The position numbers and the translations under genes were made by a program. From contig CAVZJB010000008.1 of assembly GCA_963775425.1 (NCBI GenBank), forward strand, positions 160,001 to 224,000: a stretch of 64,000 bases of DNA, written 5' to 3'. Positions 54,868 through 64,000 of the stretch are shown one piece after another. The first letter of the stretch is position 1. Each line of letters begins with the position of its first letter. The notes below the pieces were generated by a model that worked only from the letters and a program-made list of their open reading frames with translations, had not been told where the DNA came from and did not search any database. The stretch comes from an uncultured delta proteobacterium. GTDB lineage: Bacteria; Myxococcota; UBA727; VGSZ01.

Positions 54868-56115
54868 ATGAGCGCGCTCCTTCCCCTCGTGCGCCGCGAG
54901 CTGCGCGCGCTGTTTGCGCGGCGGGCGCCCTGGTGGGCCCTCGCCGCCGCCGGCCCGCTCGCGGGGGTCGCCTGCGCGCGCGCCGTCGACGCCTTTCGCG
55001 CGAGCGGCGACGGCGACACGCTCGCGGGCGTCGTCGCGCCCACGCTCGGCGCGGTGCTCGTGTCGACGTCGCTGTCGTTCCCCTTCATCGCCGCCGCCGC
55101 GTTCGCGCGCGACAAGCACACGGACGCGATGCTCGGCCAGCTCGGCCACCGCGCGGTCTTCGTGGTCGCGGCCAAGGCGCTCGCGCTGTTCGTGGCGTTC
55201 GCGGCCTCGACGCTGCCGGCGCTGTTGGCGCTCGCGGGCTTCGCGCTCGCGGGCGGCCACGTGTACGGTCCATCGCTCCTCGCCGCGTTTTTCGGCCAGG
55301 TCCTGGTGGGCACCGTCGTCGCCGGCGCCGGCGCGGTCGCGGGCGCGGTGACCGAGGGCTACGCCGCCGCGGCGCTCGTGACGCTCGCGGCGGCGGCGGG
55401 GCTCGTCGCGGCGCCTTCGTGGGGGGCGCACGCGCCCGGCCCGCTCGCCGCGCTGGCGGCGCTCGCGCCGACGGCGGCGCTGGAGGTGTTCTCGCGCGGC
55501 GTCGTGGAGGTGCGGCTCGTCGTCGTGCTCGCGTTGGCGGCGGCGGCGCTCTTGTTGGCCGGCGCGGTGTTGCGGGCGCCGGCGGCGGCGCTCGACAAGC
55601 GGATCGTTCGGGCCGTCGTCGTCGTCGTGGTCTTCGCCGGCGTCGGCGCGGGCGCGGCCCGCGTGCCGTCGTCGTTCGACGCGAGCGAGGGACGGCGCAA
55701 CTCGTTCCCCGGCGCCATCACCGCGGCGCTCGCGAAGATCGGCGACCCGGTGCGCGTCACGCTCCGTCTTCGCGCGGACGATCCCAGGAGCGCGCAGCTC
55801 GAGCGCACCGTGCTCGAGCCGCTCGGCCGCGCCGCGCGCGTCGAGGTCAAGCGCCTCGTCGTCGACGATCGCACCTACGGTCTGAGCACCGTTCAGGTCG
55901 GCACGCGCGCGGAGGAGACGCGCGCGACCACGCCCGAGGAGATCGTGCCCATCGTGCTCGGCCTCGCCGGGGTGAAGGCGCCCCCGTTCGTGGCCGACGC
56001 CGCCCCGGCGGCGCACCCGTTCAGCGCGCGCACCCCGCCGCTCGCCGTCGCGCTCCCGTGCGCCCTGTGGCCGCTGTTGATGCTGGCCGGCCTGCTGCTC
56101 GCGCGCCGCCGTTGA
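54868..56115 (+). CDS. ABC-2-type permease-like membrane protein with a soluble domain
   Basis: GAGGAG RBS; LVRRELRAL start, many TMs, FDASEGRRNSF (GldG-like D.T....SL segment). Confidence 0.65.
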   Translation: MSALLPLVRRELRALFARRAPWWALAAAGPLAGVACARAVDAFRASGDGDTLAGVVAPTLGAVLVSTSLSFPFIAAAAFARDKHTDAMLGQLGHRAVFVVAAKALALFVAFAASTLPALLALAGFALAGGHVYGPSLLAAFFGQVLVGTVVAGAGAVAGAVTEGYAAAALVTLAAAAGLVAAPSWGAHAPGPLAALAALAPTAALEVFSRGVVEVRLVVVLALAAAALLLAGAVLRAPAAALDKRIVRAVVVVVVFAGVGAGAARVPSSFDASEGRRNSFPGAITAALAKIGDPVRVTLRLRADDPRSAQLERTVLEPLGRAARVEVKRLVVDDRTYGLSTVQVGTRAEETRATTPEEIVPIVLGLAGVKAPPFVADAAPAAHPFSARTPPLAVALPCALWPLLMLAGLLLARRR

Positions 56116-56190
56116 CCGCTCGGACGCGAGGCGGCGGCCTTCAGCTTCGCGGTCGGGGCAGATCGTCGTCGTCAGCGACCGCGCGCGCCG

Positions 56191-56796
56191 CTACGCGCCC
56201 GTTCGCGCCCGCCGGGGCTCGAGCCGCGCGAGCGCCTCGCGAATGAGGTTCTCCTCGCCGACGAGGAGCGGCGCGCGCTCCTCTCGGTAGCGCTCGAGCG
56301 CGGGCACGACGCGGGCGTCGTCGTAGCCCGCCACCGCCGAGAGCGCCGTGAAGCGCACCCGCGAGGAGCGATCGCGCATCCGGCCGATCAACGCGTCGAG
56401 CGCGCGCGCGGGCCGCGTCCGCTGGAGGCCGACCGCGGCGGCCCGGCGCACGCCGGCGTCGCGGTCGCCGAGGAGCGCGACGAGCGCGTCGACGGCGCCG
56501 TCGTGTCCGCAGCAGCCGAGCGCCCACGCCAGCGCCGAGCGCACGGCGCTGTCGGCGCCGTCGAGGGCGGCGGCGACGGGCGCGGGGTCGACGGCGGCGA
56601 CGGCGGCGAGTGCGCCGTTGATGTCGGCGTCGACGTCGCGAAAGTCCCGATCGGCGGGCCACGGCCGCGCGCGCGCAGCGAGGAGCGCGGCCACGCCGCT
56701 GCGGCCCTTGCGCGCGAGCGCCGCCGCGGCGCCGGCGACGTCGCGGCCGGCGACGACGTCGGCGGCGAGCTGTCGTGGAGCCCGGGACGCGCTCAC
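56191..56796 (-). CDS. HEAT-repeat (PBS lyase-like) protein
   Basis: VRSALAWALG, LGDRDAGVRRAAAVGL, DRSSRVRFTA. Confidence 0.72.
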   Translation of the reverse strand: MSASRAPRQLAADVVAGRDVAGAAAALARKGRSGVAALLAARARPWPADRDFRDVDADINGALAAVAAVDPAPVAAALDGADSAVRSALAWALGCCGHDGAVDALVALLGDRDAGVRRAAAVGLQRTRPARALDALIGRMRDRSSRVRFTALSAVAGYDDARVVPALERYREERAPLLVGEENLIREALARLEPRRARTGA

Positions 56797-56817
56797 GTCA
56801 TCGCCGGCGCGGCGCCG

Positions 56818-57549
56818 TCACTCCGGCTTTTCGCCGATGGGTACGAGGTGGCCGCCCATGGACACGAACACGACGCGCTTGTCGCGCGCGCGCTCGATGA
56901 CGATGCGATCGGTCCAGTGCGCCGTCTTGCGCTGGCGCTCGTCGTGCAGCCGCCTGATGTCCCGCTCGTCGAGCTTGCGGCGGTGCGTCTCGATGCCGCG
57001 CTCCATGCGGTCGTGCGTGGCTTCGAGCACGGTGTGGAACGCGATGAACTCCGCGCTGTTCATGTAGCGGATGGCGTCGGACGTCATCCATCGCTCGTGC
57101 ATGATGTGCCGCTGCAGGAGCGGCAGCGCCTTCTTGACGTCCTCGTCGCCGAATTGCGCGCGCAGCTCCGCGACGTCTTCGCGCGTGAGCTTGACGTGGT
57201 CGAGGTCCTCGAGGCGAAACGGCCTGCCCTCCTCCGCCGCCACCGCCCGCCCGCGCTCGCCGAGCAGCCGGTAGTAGGCCATGAGGACGCGCGTGTGATC
57301 CGGCGCCGCCGGCTTGGGCGTGAACTCGACGACCGAGCACAGCATCGCGGCGTACTTCTCGCCGAGCTCCTTGCGCGTGACCTCGAAGCGCTCGCGCACG
57401 GCGCGCCGCGCGGCGGCGTCGGGCGCCGCCGCCACCTGCCGCTTCTGCTCCGCGCTGATGGCGTGGAGCTGCATCCGCATCTGGTCGCGGAGGCTGAGAC
57501 CGCCGGGCCGGTCGACGGGCGAAAACTGGGCGATGGCGGTGACGGTCAC
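56818..57549 (-). CDS. hypothetical protein
   Basis: AAGGGA RBS before GTG; normal composition, no recognised motif. Confidence 0.7.
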   Translation of the reverse strand: MTVTAIAQFSPVDRPGGLSLRDQMRMQLHAISAEQKRQVAAAPDAAARRAVRERFEVTRKELGEKYAAMLCSVVEFTPKPAAPDHTRVLMAYYRLLGERGRAVAAEEGRPFRLEDLDHVKLTREDVAELRAQFGDEDVKKALPLLQRHIMHERWMTSDAIRYMNSAEFIAFHTVLEATHDRMERGIETHRRKLDERDIRRLHDERQRKTAHWTDRIVIERARDKRVVFVSMGGHLVPIGEKPE

Positions 57550-57593
57550 GATCCCTTTTTACCCGAATCGACCGTGCTTTGGCGACGGCCGCC

Positions 57594-57628
57594 GCGCCGA
57601 TGCGCCGATGCGCCGATGCGCCGATGCG
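57594..57628. repeat. tandem repeat (GCGCCGAT) x4.4, intergenic
   Basis: Directly visible. Confidence 0.85.
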
Positions 57629-57662
57629 AGGGCGGCGCCGAGCGTGTCGTCACGCCGCAAGA

Positions 57663-59012
57663 TCATGGCGTGGGCTTCTGCATCCTCTGGACACGCCCCG
57701 GACCCGGCTCGGCCCAGTAGACGTGCGTGTCGTCGACGGCGACGCCGCCGACGTCGGCCATGTCCGTGAGCCGCTCGGGCGGGACCGGGGCCGCGCCGGC
57801 GAGCGAGGCGCGGAACAGCCGGGGGGTGAAGGTGCCACTGCGGGGCACCTCCCAGGTGGTCCAGTAGACGTAGGCGTCGTCGAGGGCGAGGGCGAAGGGC
57901 ATGGCCTCGGCCTCCTGCGGGTCCGCGGTGTCGACGAGGGTGACGAAGCCGCCTTGGAGGTCGCCGACGACGATGACGGCGGAGCCGCTGCCGGCGGCGC
58001 GTTGCGTGGAGATGGCCACGGTCTCGCCGCGCACCGCCGCCGCGCCCGCGGCCGCGGGCAGGCTCCGGACGAGCGTCGAGGCGGTGCCGGCGGGCGCGGT
58101 CGCGTCGAGGACGCGCAGCTCGAACGGCGCGACGCTGCCGTCGACCCAGAACACGGACTGTGAGGTGACGGCGAGAGCGCCGGCGAAGCTCGAGCGGGTG
58201 GCGAACGTGGTGGTGGTGTCGCTCGCCGGCTCGTAGCGCACGAGGTTCAGGTTGTTCCCCGACAGTGCCTTGAGGAAGTACACGGCGTCAGCGCCCGCGC
58301 CCACCGTCTGCCAGCGCGGCGGGTTGTCCGAGATGTCGAAGGCGTTGACGTCCTGCGCCGCGTGGCTCGCGGTGCCTCCGAAGGTGGTCCCCGCGTCGGC
58401 GAAGTCCACGTCGTCGGAGGAGCCGACGCCGCCCTCGGCCACCCACGCGACGGCGCCGTTGTGGACGGCGAGCACCTGCGGGTTGTTGCCGTGCTCGGAG
58501 CACTGCACGGTCACGGCGGCGCCACCGCCGTCGGCGGGCTTGCGGCGCACGCAGCCGTCGCTCGTGTCGAGCGTCCACAGCACGTTTGCGCCGTCGACGA
58601 CGACGGACAGCGCGCGCGCCTCGGCGGGCGCGAAGGTCTCGACGGGGCAGGCGCCGACGGCGCAGTCGCCTTCACCCTCGCCCTCGCCTTCGCCCTCGCC
58701 CTCGCCCTCGCCTTCTCCCTCGCCTTCACCTTCTCCCTCGCCTTCACCTTCTCCCTCGCCTTCGCCTTCACCTTCTCCCTCGCCTTCACCTTCTCCCTCG
58801 CCTTCGCCTTCGCCCTCGCCCTCGCCTGCGCCGTCCTGGCAGAGGCCGTCGGCGCCGCAGCGCTGGCCGCTGGGACAGGTGTCCGTGCGGGTGGGGTCGC
58901 AGGCGGCGGCCTGGCCGAGCAGGTGACACGCCGGCAGCGGCGCGCCGAGGAGGAGGGCCCACAGGGCGAGCGCGTGGGTGCGCCAGCGCAGGCGCTCGAT
59001 CGGGGCGGTCAT
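57663..59012 (-). CDS. lipoprotein with Cys-rich module, (GE)26 tract and beta-propeller-like C-terminal domain
   Basis: LPAC lipobox-like; GE tract 58671-58826; repeated AVD..VYW blades. Confidence 0.8.
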   Translation of the reverse strand: MTAPIERLRWRTHALALWALLLGAPLPACHLLGQAAACDPTRTDTCPSGQRCGADGLCQDGAGEGEGEGEGEGEGEGEGEGEGEGEGEGEGEGEGEGEGEGEGEGEGEGEGEGEGDCAVGACPVETFAPAEARALSVVVDGANVLWTLDTSDGCVRRKPADGGGAAVTVQCSEHGNNPQVLAVHNGAVAWVAEGGVGSSDDVDFADAGTTFGGTASHAAQDVNAFDISDNPPRWQTVGAGADAVYFLKALSGNNLNLVRYEPASDTTTTFATRSSFAGALAVTSQSVFWVDGSVAPFELRVLDATAPAGTASTLVRSLPAAAGAAAVRGETVAISTQRAAGSGSAVIVVGDLQGGFVTLVDTADPQEAEAMPFALALDDAYVYWTTWEVPRSGTFTPRLFRASLAGAAPVPPERLTDMADVGGVAVDDTHVYWAEPGPGRVQRMQKPTP

Positions 59013-59737
59013 TCGCCGAGACCCACGGCGGCGAGGCCGACGCCGACGGCGGCGACGACGGCGGAGAGGCCGGCGGCCGCGAGCAGGAGGCGTCCGCCGA
59101 GGAGGGCGCCGTCCTTGTCCCCGGTGGTCTTGGTCTTGTCGTCGAGCACGCCGTCCATGGCGCCCGCGCCGAGGCCGGTGCCGACGGCGGCGCCGGCGCC
59201 GACCACCGCGACCACCGCGCCGCCCCACACGAGCGGTGACACGCCGGACGACGACGGCGCCGCGCCGGCCGCCGCGTCGACGGGCGCGCCGAAGAGCTTG
59301 CGCCCCACGCGGCGCGCGGCGTCGCGCAGCGCCTCGGGGTCGCCGTGCACCGTCTCGTCGGCGCGGGTCTCCGCGGCGCCCTTGTCGAGGTCAAGAAGGC
59401 GCGCGCTGATGATGGTGCTGGCGCCGAGCCGCCCCACGGAGCCCGCCACGATGAGCTTGGCGCCGAGCGCCTGCCCGATCTCGGCGATGCACGAGCTCGA
59501 CTCCTGCCCGCACGACATCTTCGTCGCCTCGACGTCCATCATCGCGACGAGGTCCGCTTGCGTGAGCACCTTGCACGGCGTCACCTGCGACACCGCCTGC
59601 GCGAGCGCCTCGGTCAGCAGGCCGGGCAGGTGCGCCTCGTCGGCGGGCAGCCCCTTGTTCTGGAGCTCGAGCACCGCCACCCGGCAGCCCGCGTCGTCGG
59701 GTGCCGCAAACGCCAGGAGGGAGAGGAGCGCGAGCAT
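59009..59737 (-). CDS. exported TolB-N/CsgG-like-fold protein with C-terminal hydrophobic helices
   Basis: RVAVLEL, C...SCIAEIGQALGAKLIVAGSVGRLG..ISARLLD; ATGA-coupled to the downstream lipoprotein. Confidence 0.68.
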   Translation of the reverse strand: MLALLSLLAFAAPDDAGCRVAVLELQNKGLPADEAHLPGLLTEALAQAVSQVTPCKVLTQADLVAMMDVEATKMSCGQESSSCIAEIGQALGAKLIVAGSVGRLGASTIISARLLDLDKGAAETRADETVHGDPEALRDAARRVGRKLFGAPVDAAAGAAPSSSGVSPLVWGGAVVAVVGAGAAVGTGLGAGAMDGVLDDKTKTTGDKDGALLGGRLLLAAAGLSAVVAAVGVGLAAVGLGE

Positions 59738-59815
59738 GGCGGCGAGTGTACCCCGGGCCCGGCGGCGAGGGCCCGGCGCTTGCGGCGACGGCGCGCGCCG
59801 GACGAGGCTCGCGGC

Positions 59816-60709
59816 ATGAAGTGCGTTCACTGCGGCCAGCGCAAAGGCAAGCGGCGCTGCCCCGCCCTCGGCGGCGACATCTGCCCGCAGTGTTGCGGCG
59901 AGCACCGCTTGAAGACCATCGCCTGTCCCCCGGACTGCGTGCACCTCGGCGGGCTCGCCGCCGCCGCCGTCTCCGACGCCGACGTCGAGGCCGCCGTGGA
60001 GCCCGCGCTCTTCATGATGAGCGAGTGGTACCTCGAGCGGCGCGAGGCGCTCCCGTACAACGACATCGTCGTGCGCGAGATCCTCGACGGCGCGCCGCCC
60101 GAGGACCCCCGCGTCATCGACGCGCTCGACGACGTCACCGGCGTCATCGGAGGCTGCACCACCTACGGCGTCGTCGACGGCGACGGCCGCCGCGCCGTGG
60201 ACCGCTACCTCGCCGCCCGCGGCCGCGAGCTCACGCCCGCGCAAGGGCGCGCGCTCAAGGCCATGGGCGGCGCCCGCTTCGGCGTGTTCCTCGTCGAGGA
60301 GAGCTTCCCCGGCGAGGGCTACGCCGTGCGGGACGTCGCCGCCGACGAGGTCTTCCGCGTGAAGTCCGAAGACGGCACCCCGCGCGACGGCGCGGTCTAC
60401 CTCGGCTTCGTCGCCACGCTCGGCGCCGCCGTGCACCCCGTGGCCCTCGCCACCGTGCCCGACGCCCTCGTCGACGACGTCGCCGACGCCTACCGCGCCG
60501 CCGTCAAGGACGCCGGCGGTGCCGCCGTCGAGGACAGCGCCGCGGCCGGCGCCGCCGCCGTCGCGCGCACGCCCGCGGTCTGCTCCCCCGTCACCGGCGC
60601 CCTCGTGCGCGCGCTCCGGGGCCTCTTCGGCGACGACCCGCTCGCCGCGAACGACGCCTCGAGGCAGCTTTCGCCGACGGTGACGACGACGGGTGACGAC
60701 GACGGGTGA
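59816..60709 (+). CDS. hypothetical protein with N-terminal Cys-rich zinc-finger-like domain
   Basis: MKCVHCGQRKGKRRCPALGGDICPQCCGEHR..IACPPDCVHL. Confidence 0.72.
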   Translation: MKCVHCGQRKGKRRCPALGGDICPQCCGEHRLKTIACPPDCVHLGGLAAAAVSDADVEAAVEPALFMMSEWYLERREALPYNDIVVREILDGAPPEDPRVIDALDDVTGVIGGCTTYGVVDGDGRRAVDRYLAARGRELTPAQGRALKAMGGARFGVFLVEESFPGEGYAVRDVAADEVFRVKSEDGTPRDGAVYLGFVATLGAAVHPVALATVPDALVDDVADAYRAAVKDAGGAAVEDSAAAGAAAVARTPAVCSPVTGALVRALRGLFGDDPLAANDASRQLSPTVTTTGDDDG

Positions 60710-60748
60710 CGACGACGGGTGACGACGACGGGTGACGACGACGGGTGA
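60679..60748 (+). repeat. 13-bp tandem repeat (GGTGACGACGACG) x5.4
   Basis: Five perfect copies plus GGTGA; contains the stop codon of the upstream gene. Confidence 0.9.
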
Positions 60749-60940
60749 GGGCCCTTCGAGGACGATGACGACGACGAAGCCGCCCTCGGCGATGACGTCA
60801 TTGACGTCGTCTACGACCTCGCCGCCGCGCCGTCCCCCGCCGTCTGGCGCCGTCCCCCCCCGCCGTCCCCCGCGCCGTCCCTCGCGGCCCACACCGAGAG
60901 CCATGACGCTCGGGGCGTTCGATGGTAGATCCGACCGCCG

Positions 60941-63640
60941 ATGAACCTCGCGAAGTACTCACCGAAGTGCCAGGCCATCCTCGTCGAGGCGCAGAAGATC
61001 GCGCGCGCCCGGCAGCACCAGGCCATCGAGCCCGAGCACCTGTTGCGCGCGCTGTTGTCCGACGAGGGCGGCAAGGCGGTGCTCGAGCGGCTCGGCGTCA
61101 AGCTTCGCGAGATCGAGCAGAAGCTCGAGGTGGAGCTCACCAAGCTCCCCAAGGTCGCGGGCGCCTCCAACTACCTGTCGCCGCGCTTCTTGAAGGTCAC
61201 CGCCGCCGCCGAGGCGCAGGCCACCAAGGTCGGCGCCAAGCTCGTCGACGCGTCGCACCTGCTGGCGGCCCTCGCCAATCCGGCGAGCGCCGCCGGCGCG
61301 CCCGGCCGCTTGCTGCGCGACCACGGCGCCTCCAAGGACCGCATCGAGAGCGCCCTCAAGGTGTCGTCCAAGGGCGGCGCCGTCGTCGACGACAAGAGCA
61401 ACGACGGCAGCGCCATCAGCAAGTACGCCATCGACCTCGTGCAGAAGGCCAAGGACGGCCAGCTCGACCCGGTCATCGGCCGCGACGACGAGACCCGCCG
61501 CATCATCCAGGTGCTGTCGCGGCGCGGCAAAAACAACCCGGTGCTCATCGGCAAACCCGGCGTCGGCAAGAACGCCATCATCCAGGGCCTCGCGCAGCGC
61601 ATCGCCAACGGTGACGTGCCCACCATGCTGAAGGACAAGCGCCTCATGGCGCTCGACCTCGGCTCGCTCCTCGCCGGCGCCACCCTGCGCGGTCAGTTCG
61701 AGGAGCGCATCAAGGGCATCATCCAGGAGGTCAAGCGCTCCGACGGCGACATCATCCTGTTCATCGACGAGATCCACACGCTCGTCGGCGCCGGCGGCGA
61801 AGGCGCGTCCGACGCCTCGCAGATGCTCAAGCCGCCGCTCGCGCGCGGCGAGATCCAGGTGCTCGGCGCCACCACGCCCGACGAATACAGAAACTCCATC
61901 GAGAAGGACAAGGCGCTCGAGCGCCGCTTCCAGGCCATCTCCGTCGAGGAGCCCGGCTTCGAGGAGACGCTGCGCATCCTGCGCGGCATCAAGGGCAAGT
62001 ACGAGGTGTACCACGGCGTGCGCATCCAGGACCCCGCGCTGGTGGCGGCGATTCGCTTCGCGCAGCGCTACATCCAGGGCCGCCAGCTCCCCGACAAGGC
62101 CATCGACCTCATCGACGAGGCCGCGTCGCGCCTGCGCGTGAGCATCGACTCCGTGCCCGACGTCCTCGATATCGAGGAGCGAAACCTCACCGAGCTCAAG
62201 ATGGAGGTGAAGGCGCTCACCGACACGGACCGCGACACGCTCGAGCAGAAGGCCAAGCTCGAGAGCAAGGTCGAGGAGAGCGCCAAGAAGACCGCCGAGA
62301 TCCGCGCGCGCTGGGAGAGGGAGGTCGAGCTCATCGCCGCCGTCCGCGCGCTCAAGGAGTCGCGCGCCGCCGCCGAGAAGGACCTCGAGGAGGCCGAGCG
62401 TAAGGGCGAGGTCGACCGCGCCAGCGAGCTCAAGTACGGGCAGATCAAGCGCCTCACCGCCGAGCTCGAGGAGAAGGATCACGAGCTGCAGAAGGTCGGC
62501 GGCCGCCTCATCAAGGAGGCGGTGGAGCCCACCGAGATCGCCGCCGTCGTCGGCGACATCACCGGCATCCCCGTGTCCACCATGCTCGAGAGCGAGAAGG
62601 AGAAGCTCCTGCAGATGGAGGACCGCATCGGCCAGCGCGTGATCGGGCAGAAGGAGGCGCTGCACGCCATCGCCAAGGCCATCCGCCGCTCACGCTCGGG
62701 GCTCAACGATCCGAACCGGCCCGTGGGCTCGTTCTTCTTCCTCGGCCCCACCGGCGTGGGAAAGACCGAGCTCGCCAAGGCCCTCACGCAGTTCTTGTTC
62801 GACGACGAGAAGGCCATGGTGCGCCTGGACATGTCCGAGTTCCAGGAGAAGCACACCGTGGCCCGCTTGATCGGCGCGCCGCCCGGCTACAAGGGCGCCG
62901 ACGAGGGCGGCCAGCTCACGGAGGCGGTGCGCAGGAAGCCCTACTCGGTGGTGCTGTTCGACGAGGTGGAGAAGGGCCACCCCGACATCTTCAACATCCT
63001 GTTGCAGGTGCTCGACGACGGCCGCCTCACCGACAGCCAGAGCCGGCTCGTGGACTTCAAGAACACCGTCATCATCATGACCTCCAACGTGGGCTCGCAT
63101 CACTTGCTCGAGGCCAGCATCGACGACGGCATCATCGAGGAGCCCGCCAAGGACGCGGCGTTCGCGGAATTGAAGAAGACCTTCCGCCCCGAGTTCCTCG
63201 GCCGCATCGACGAGGTCATCATGTTCCACGGGCTCACCCGCGACAACATCGACGCCATCGCCGACATCCAGTTCAAGAAGGTCAGGGGCATGCTCGCGCA
63301 CCGCCGCTTGAACCTCGAGCTTCTGCCGGAGGCCAAGAAGGCCGTCGTCGACGCGGGCTACGAGCCGCGCTTCGGCGCGCGCCCGCTCAGGCGCGCCATC
63401 CAGCGCTGGCTGCAGGACCCGCTGTCCACGGCCATCCTCGAGGGCGGCTACGACGAGGGTGACACCATCGTCGCCACCTTGAAGGACAAGGCCCACCCCG
63501 AGGACGGCCTCGCCTTCGAGCGCCGCCCGCGCCCCGCGGCCGTCGTGGCCGCCGGTGACGGCAAAGACGGCAAAGACGGCAAAGACGGCAAGAGAGACGG
63601 GGCGCCCGCGGCCGAGGGGACGACCGCCCCGACGGCCTGA
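60941..63640 (+). CDS. clpB: ClpB-like Hsp100 AAA+ ATPase with divergent motifs
   Basis: Clp N domain, LDPVIGR, FIDEIH, LPDKAIDL, coiled-coil middle domain, GPTGVGKT, LFDEVEK, GARPL. Confidence 0.88.
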   Translation: MNLAKYSPKCQAILVEAQKIARARQHQAIEPEHLLRALLSDEGGKAVLERLGVKLREIEQKLEVELTKLPKVAGASNYLSPRFLKVTAAAEAQATKVGAKLVDASHLLAALANPASAAGAPGRLLRDHGASKDRIESALKVSSKGGAVVDDKSNDGSAISKYAIDLVQKAKDGQLDPVIGRDDETRRIIQVLSRRGKNNPVLIGKPGVGKNAIIQGLAQRIANGDVPTMLKDKRLMALDLGSLLAGATLRGQFEERIKGIIQEVKRSDGDIILFIDEIHTLVGAGGEGASDASQMLKPPLARGEIQVLGATTPDEYRNSIEKDKALERRFQAISVEEPGFEETLRILRGIKGKYEVYHGVRIQDPALVAAIRFAQRYIQGRQLPDKAIDLIDEAASRLRVSIDSVPDVLDIEERNLTELKMEVKALTDTDRDTLEQKAKLESKVEESAKKTAEIRARWEREVELIAAVRALKESRAAAEKDLEEAERKGEVDRASELKYGQIKRLTAELEEKDHELQKVGGRLIKEAVEPTEIAAVVGDITGIPVSTMLESEKEKLLQMEDRIGQRVIGQKEALHAIAKAIRRSRSGLNDPNRPVGSFFFLGPTGVGKTELAKALTQFLFDDEKAMVRLDMSEFQEKHTVARLIGAPPGYKGADEGGQLTEAVRRKPYSVVLFDEVEKGHPDIFNILLQVLDDGRLTDSQSRLVDFKNTVIIMTSNVGSHHLLEASIDDGIIEEPAKDAAFAELKKTFRPEFLGRIDEVIMFHGLTRDNIDAIADIQFKKVRGMLAHRRLNLELLPEAKKAVVDAGYEPRFGARPLRRAIQRWLQDPLSTAILEGGYDEGDTIVATLKDKAHPEDGLAFERRPRPAAVVAAGDGKDGKDGKDGKRDGAPAAEGTTAPTA

Positions 63641-63697
63641 CGCCAACGCGCGGATCCGCGGGTGTCGCGCCCGCCACACGCGGGCCGGGCCGTTGTT

Positions 63698-64000
63698 ATG
63701 CTCGGCGCGGTGCTGGAGGACGACGAGGACCTCGATCTCGAGCGCGCCGCGTTCGACGCCGAGCGCGGAGGCTTCGATCTCCTGCGCGCCGCCGCGCTCC
63801 TGCCGCGCATCGAGGGCCGCGAGCCCGACGTCGACGCCGTCACCGAAGCGGTCGACGAGTGGGCCGGCGCCGTCAAGGACGACCTCGAGCGCCGCTCGAG
63901 CTGGCAGGGCCCGCTGCACTCCCTGGTGTCCGTGCTCTTTCAGCACGCGCGCCTGCGCGGCGACCGCGACGAGTTCGACGCGCCGCGCAACTCGTTCCTC
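63698..64000 (+). CDS. SirB1/transglutaminase-like protein, 3' truncated by window
   Basis: DLLRAAALL..EPDVD..L.SVLF..LRGDRDEFDAPRNSFL matches the F.G...Y.DP.NS.L pattern. Confidence 0.72.
   Translation, partial: MLGAVLEDDEDLDLERAAFDAERGGFDLLRAAALLPRIEGREPDVDAVTEAVDEWAGAVKDDLERRSSWQGPLHSLVSVLFQHARLRGDRDEFDAPRNSFL

Overview
Very GC-rich bacterial DNA whose gene content suggests a Myxococcota/Deltaproteobacteria-like organism (inference). The window contains: a complete type II secretion operon (gspC, two extra small PDZ-only genes, gspD-E-F-G-H-I-J-K-L-M-N) behind a candidate sigma54 promoter; a 7.2-kb segment (internally deleted IS1182-like transposase, REP-like repeat mosaic, PilZ-domain gene, 15-repeat Ig/cadherin-like exported protein) bracketed by two near-identical ~250-bp inverted, highly structured elements that each start right at a host stop codon; exbB-exbD-tonB; a tandem pair of DUF4139/DUF4140-like genes; CIRCE-regulated groES-groEL; rlpA, a cytidylate-kinase-like gene and a degenerate radC; MATE, a twin-domain aspartic protease, a KamA-family radical SAM enzyme, fused trehalose-6-P synthase/phosphatase, acyl-CoA dehydrogenase, a Rieske-oxygenase gene fragment and dnaB; a His-rich DMT / Tat-signal ChrC-like SOD / beta-propeller / ABC cluster; several (Gly-Glu)n-repeat lipoproteins; and a ClpB-like ATPase with altered motifs. 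No rRNA, tRNA or CRISPR array was seen. The most unusual signal is the paired inverted element (18031-18280 / 25043-25283), in which 19 nt inside the putative IS end is perfectly complementary to 19 nt just outside it. All calls are from reading the sequence and the ORF track; no database searches were run.
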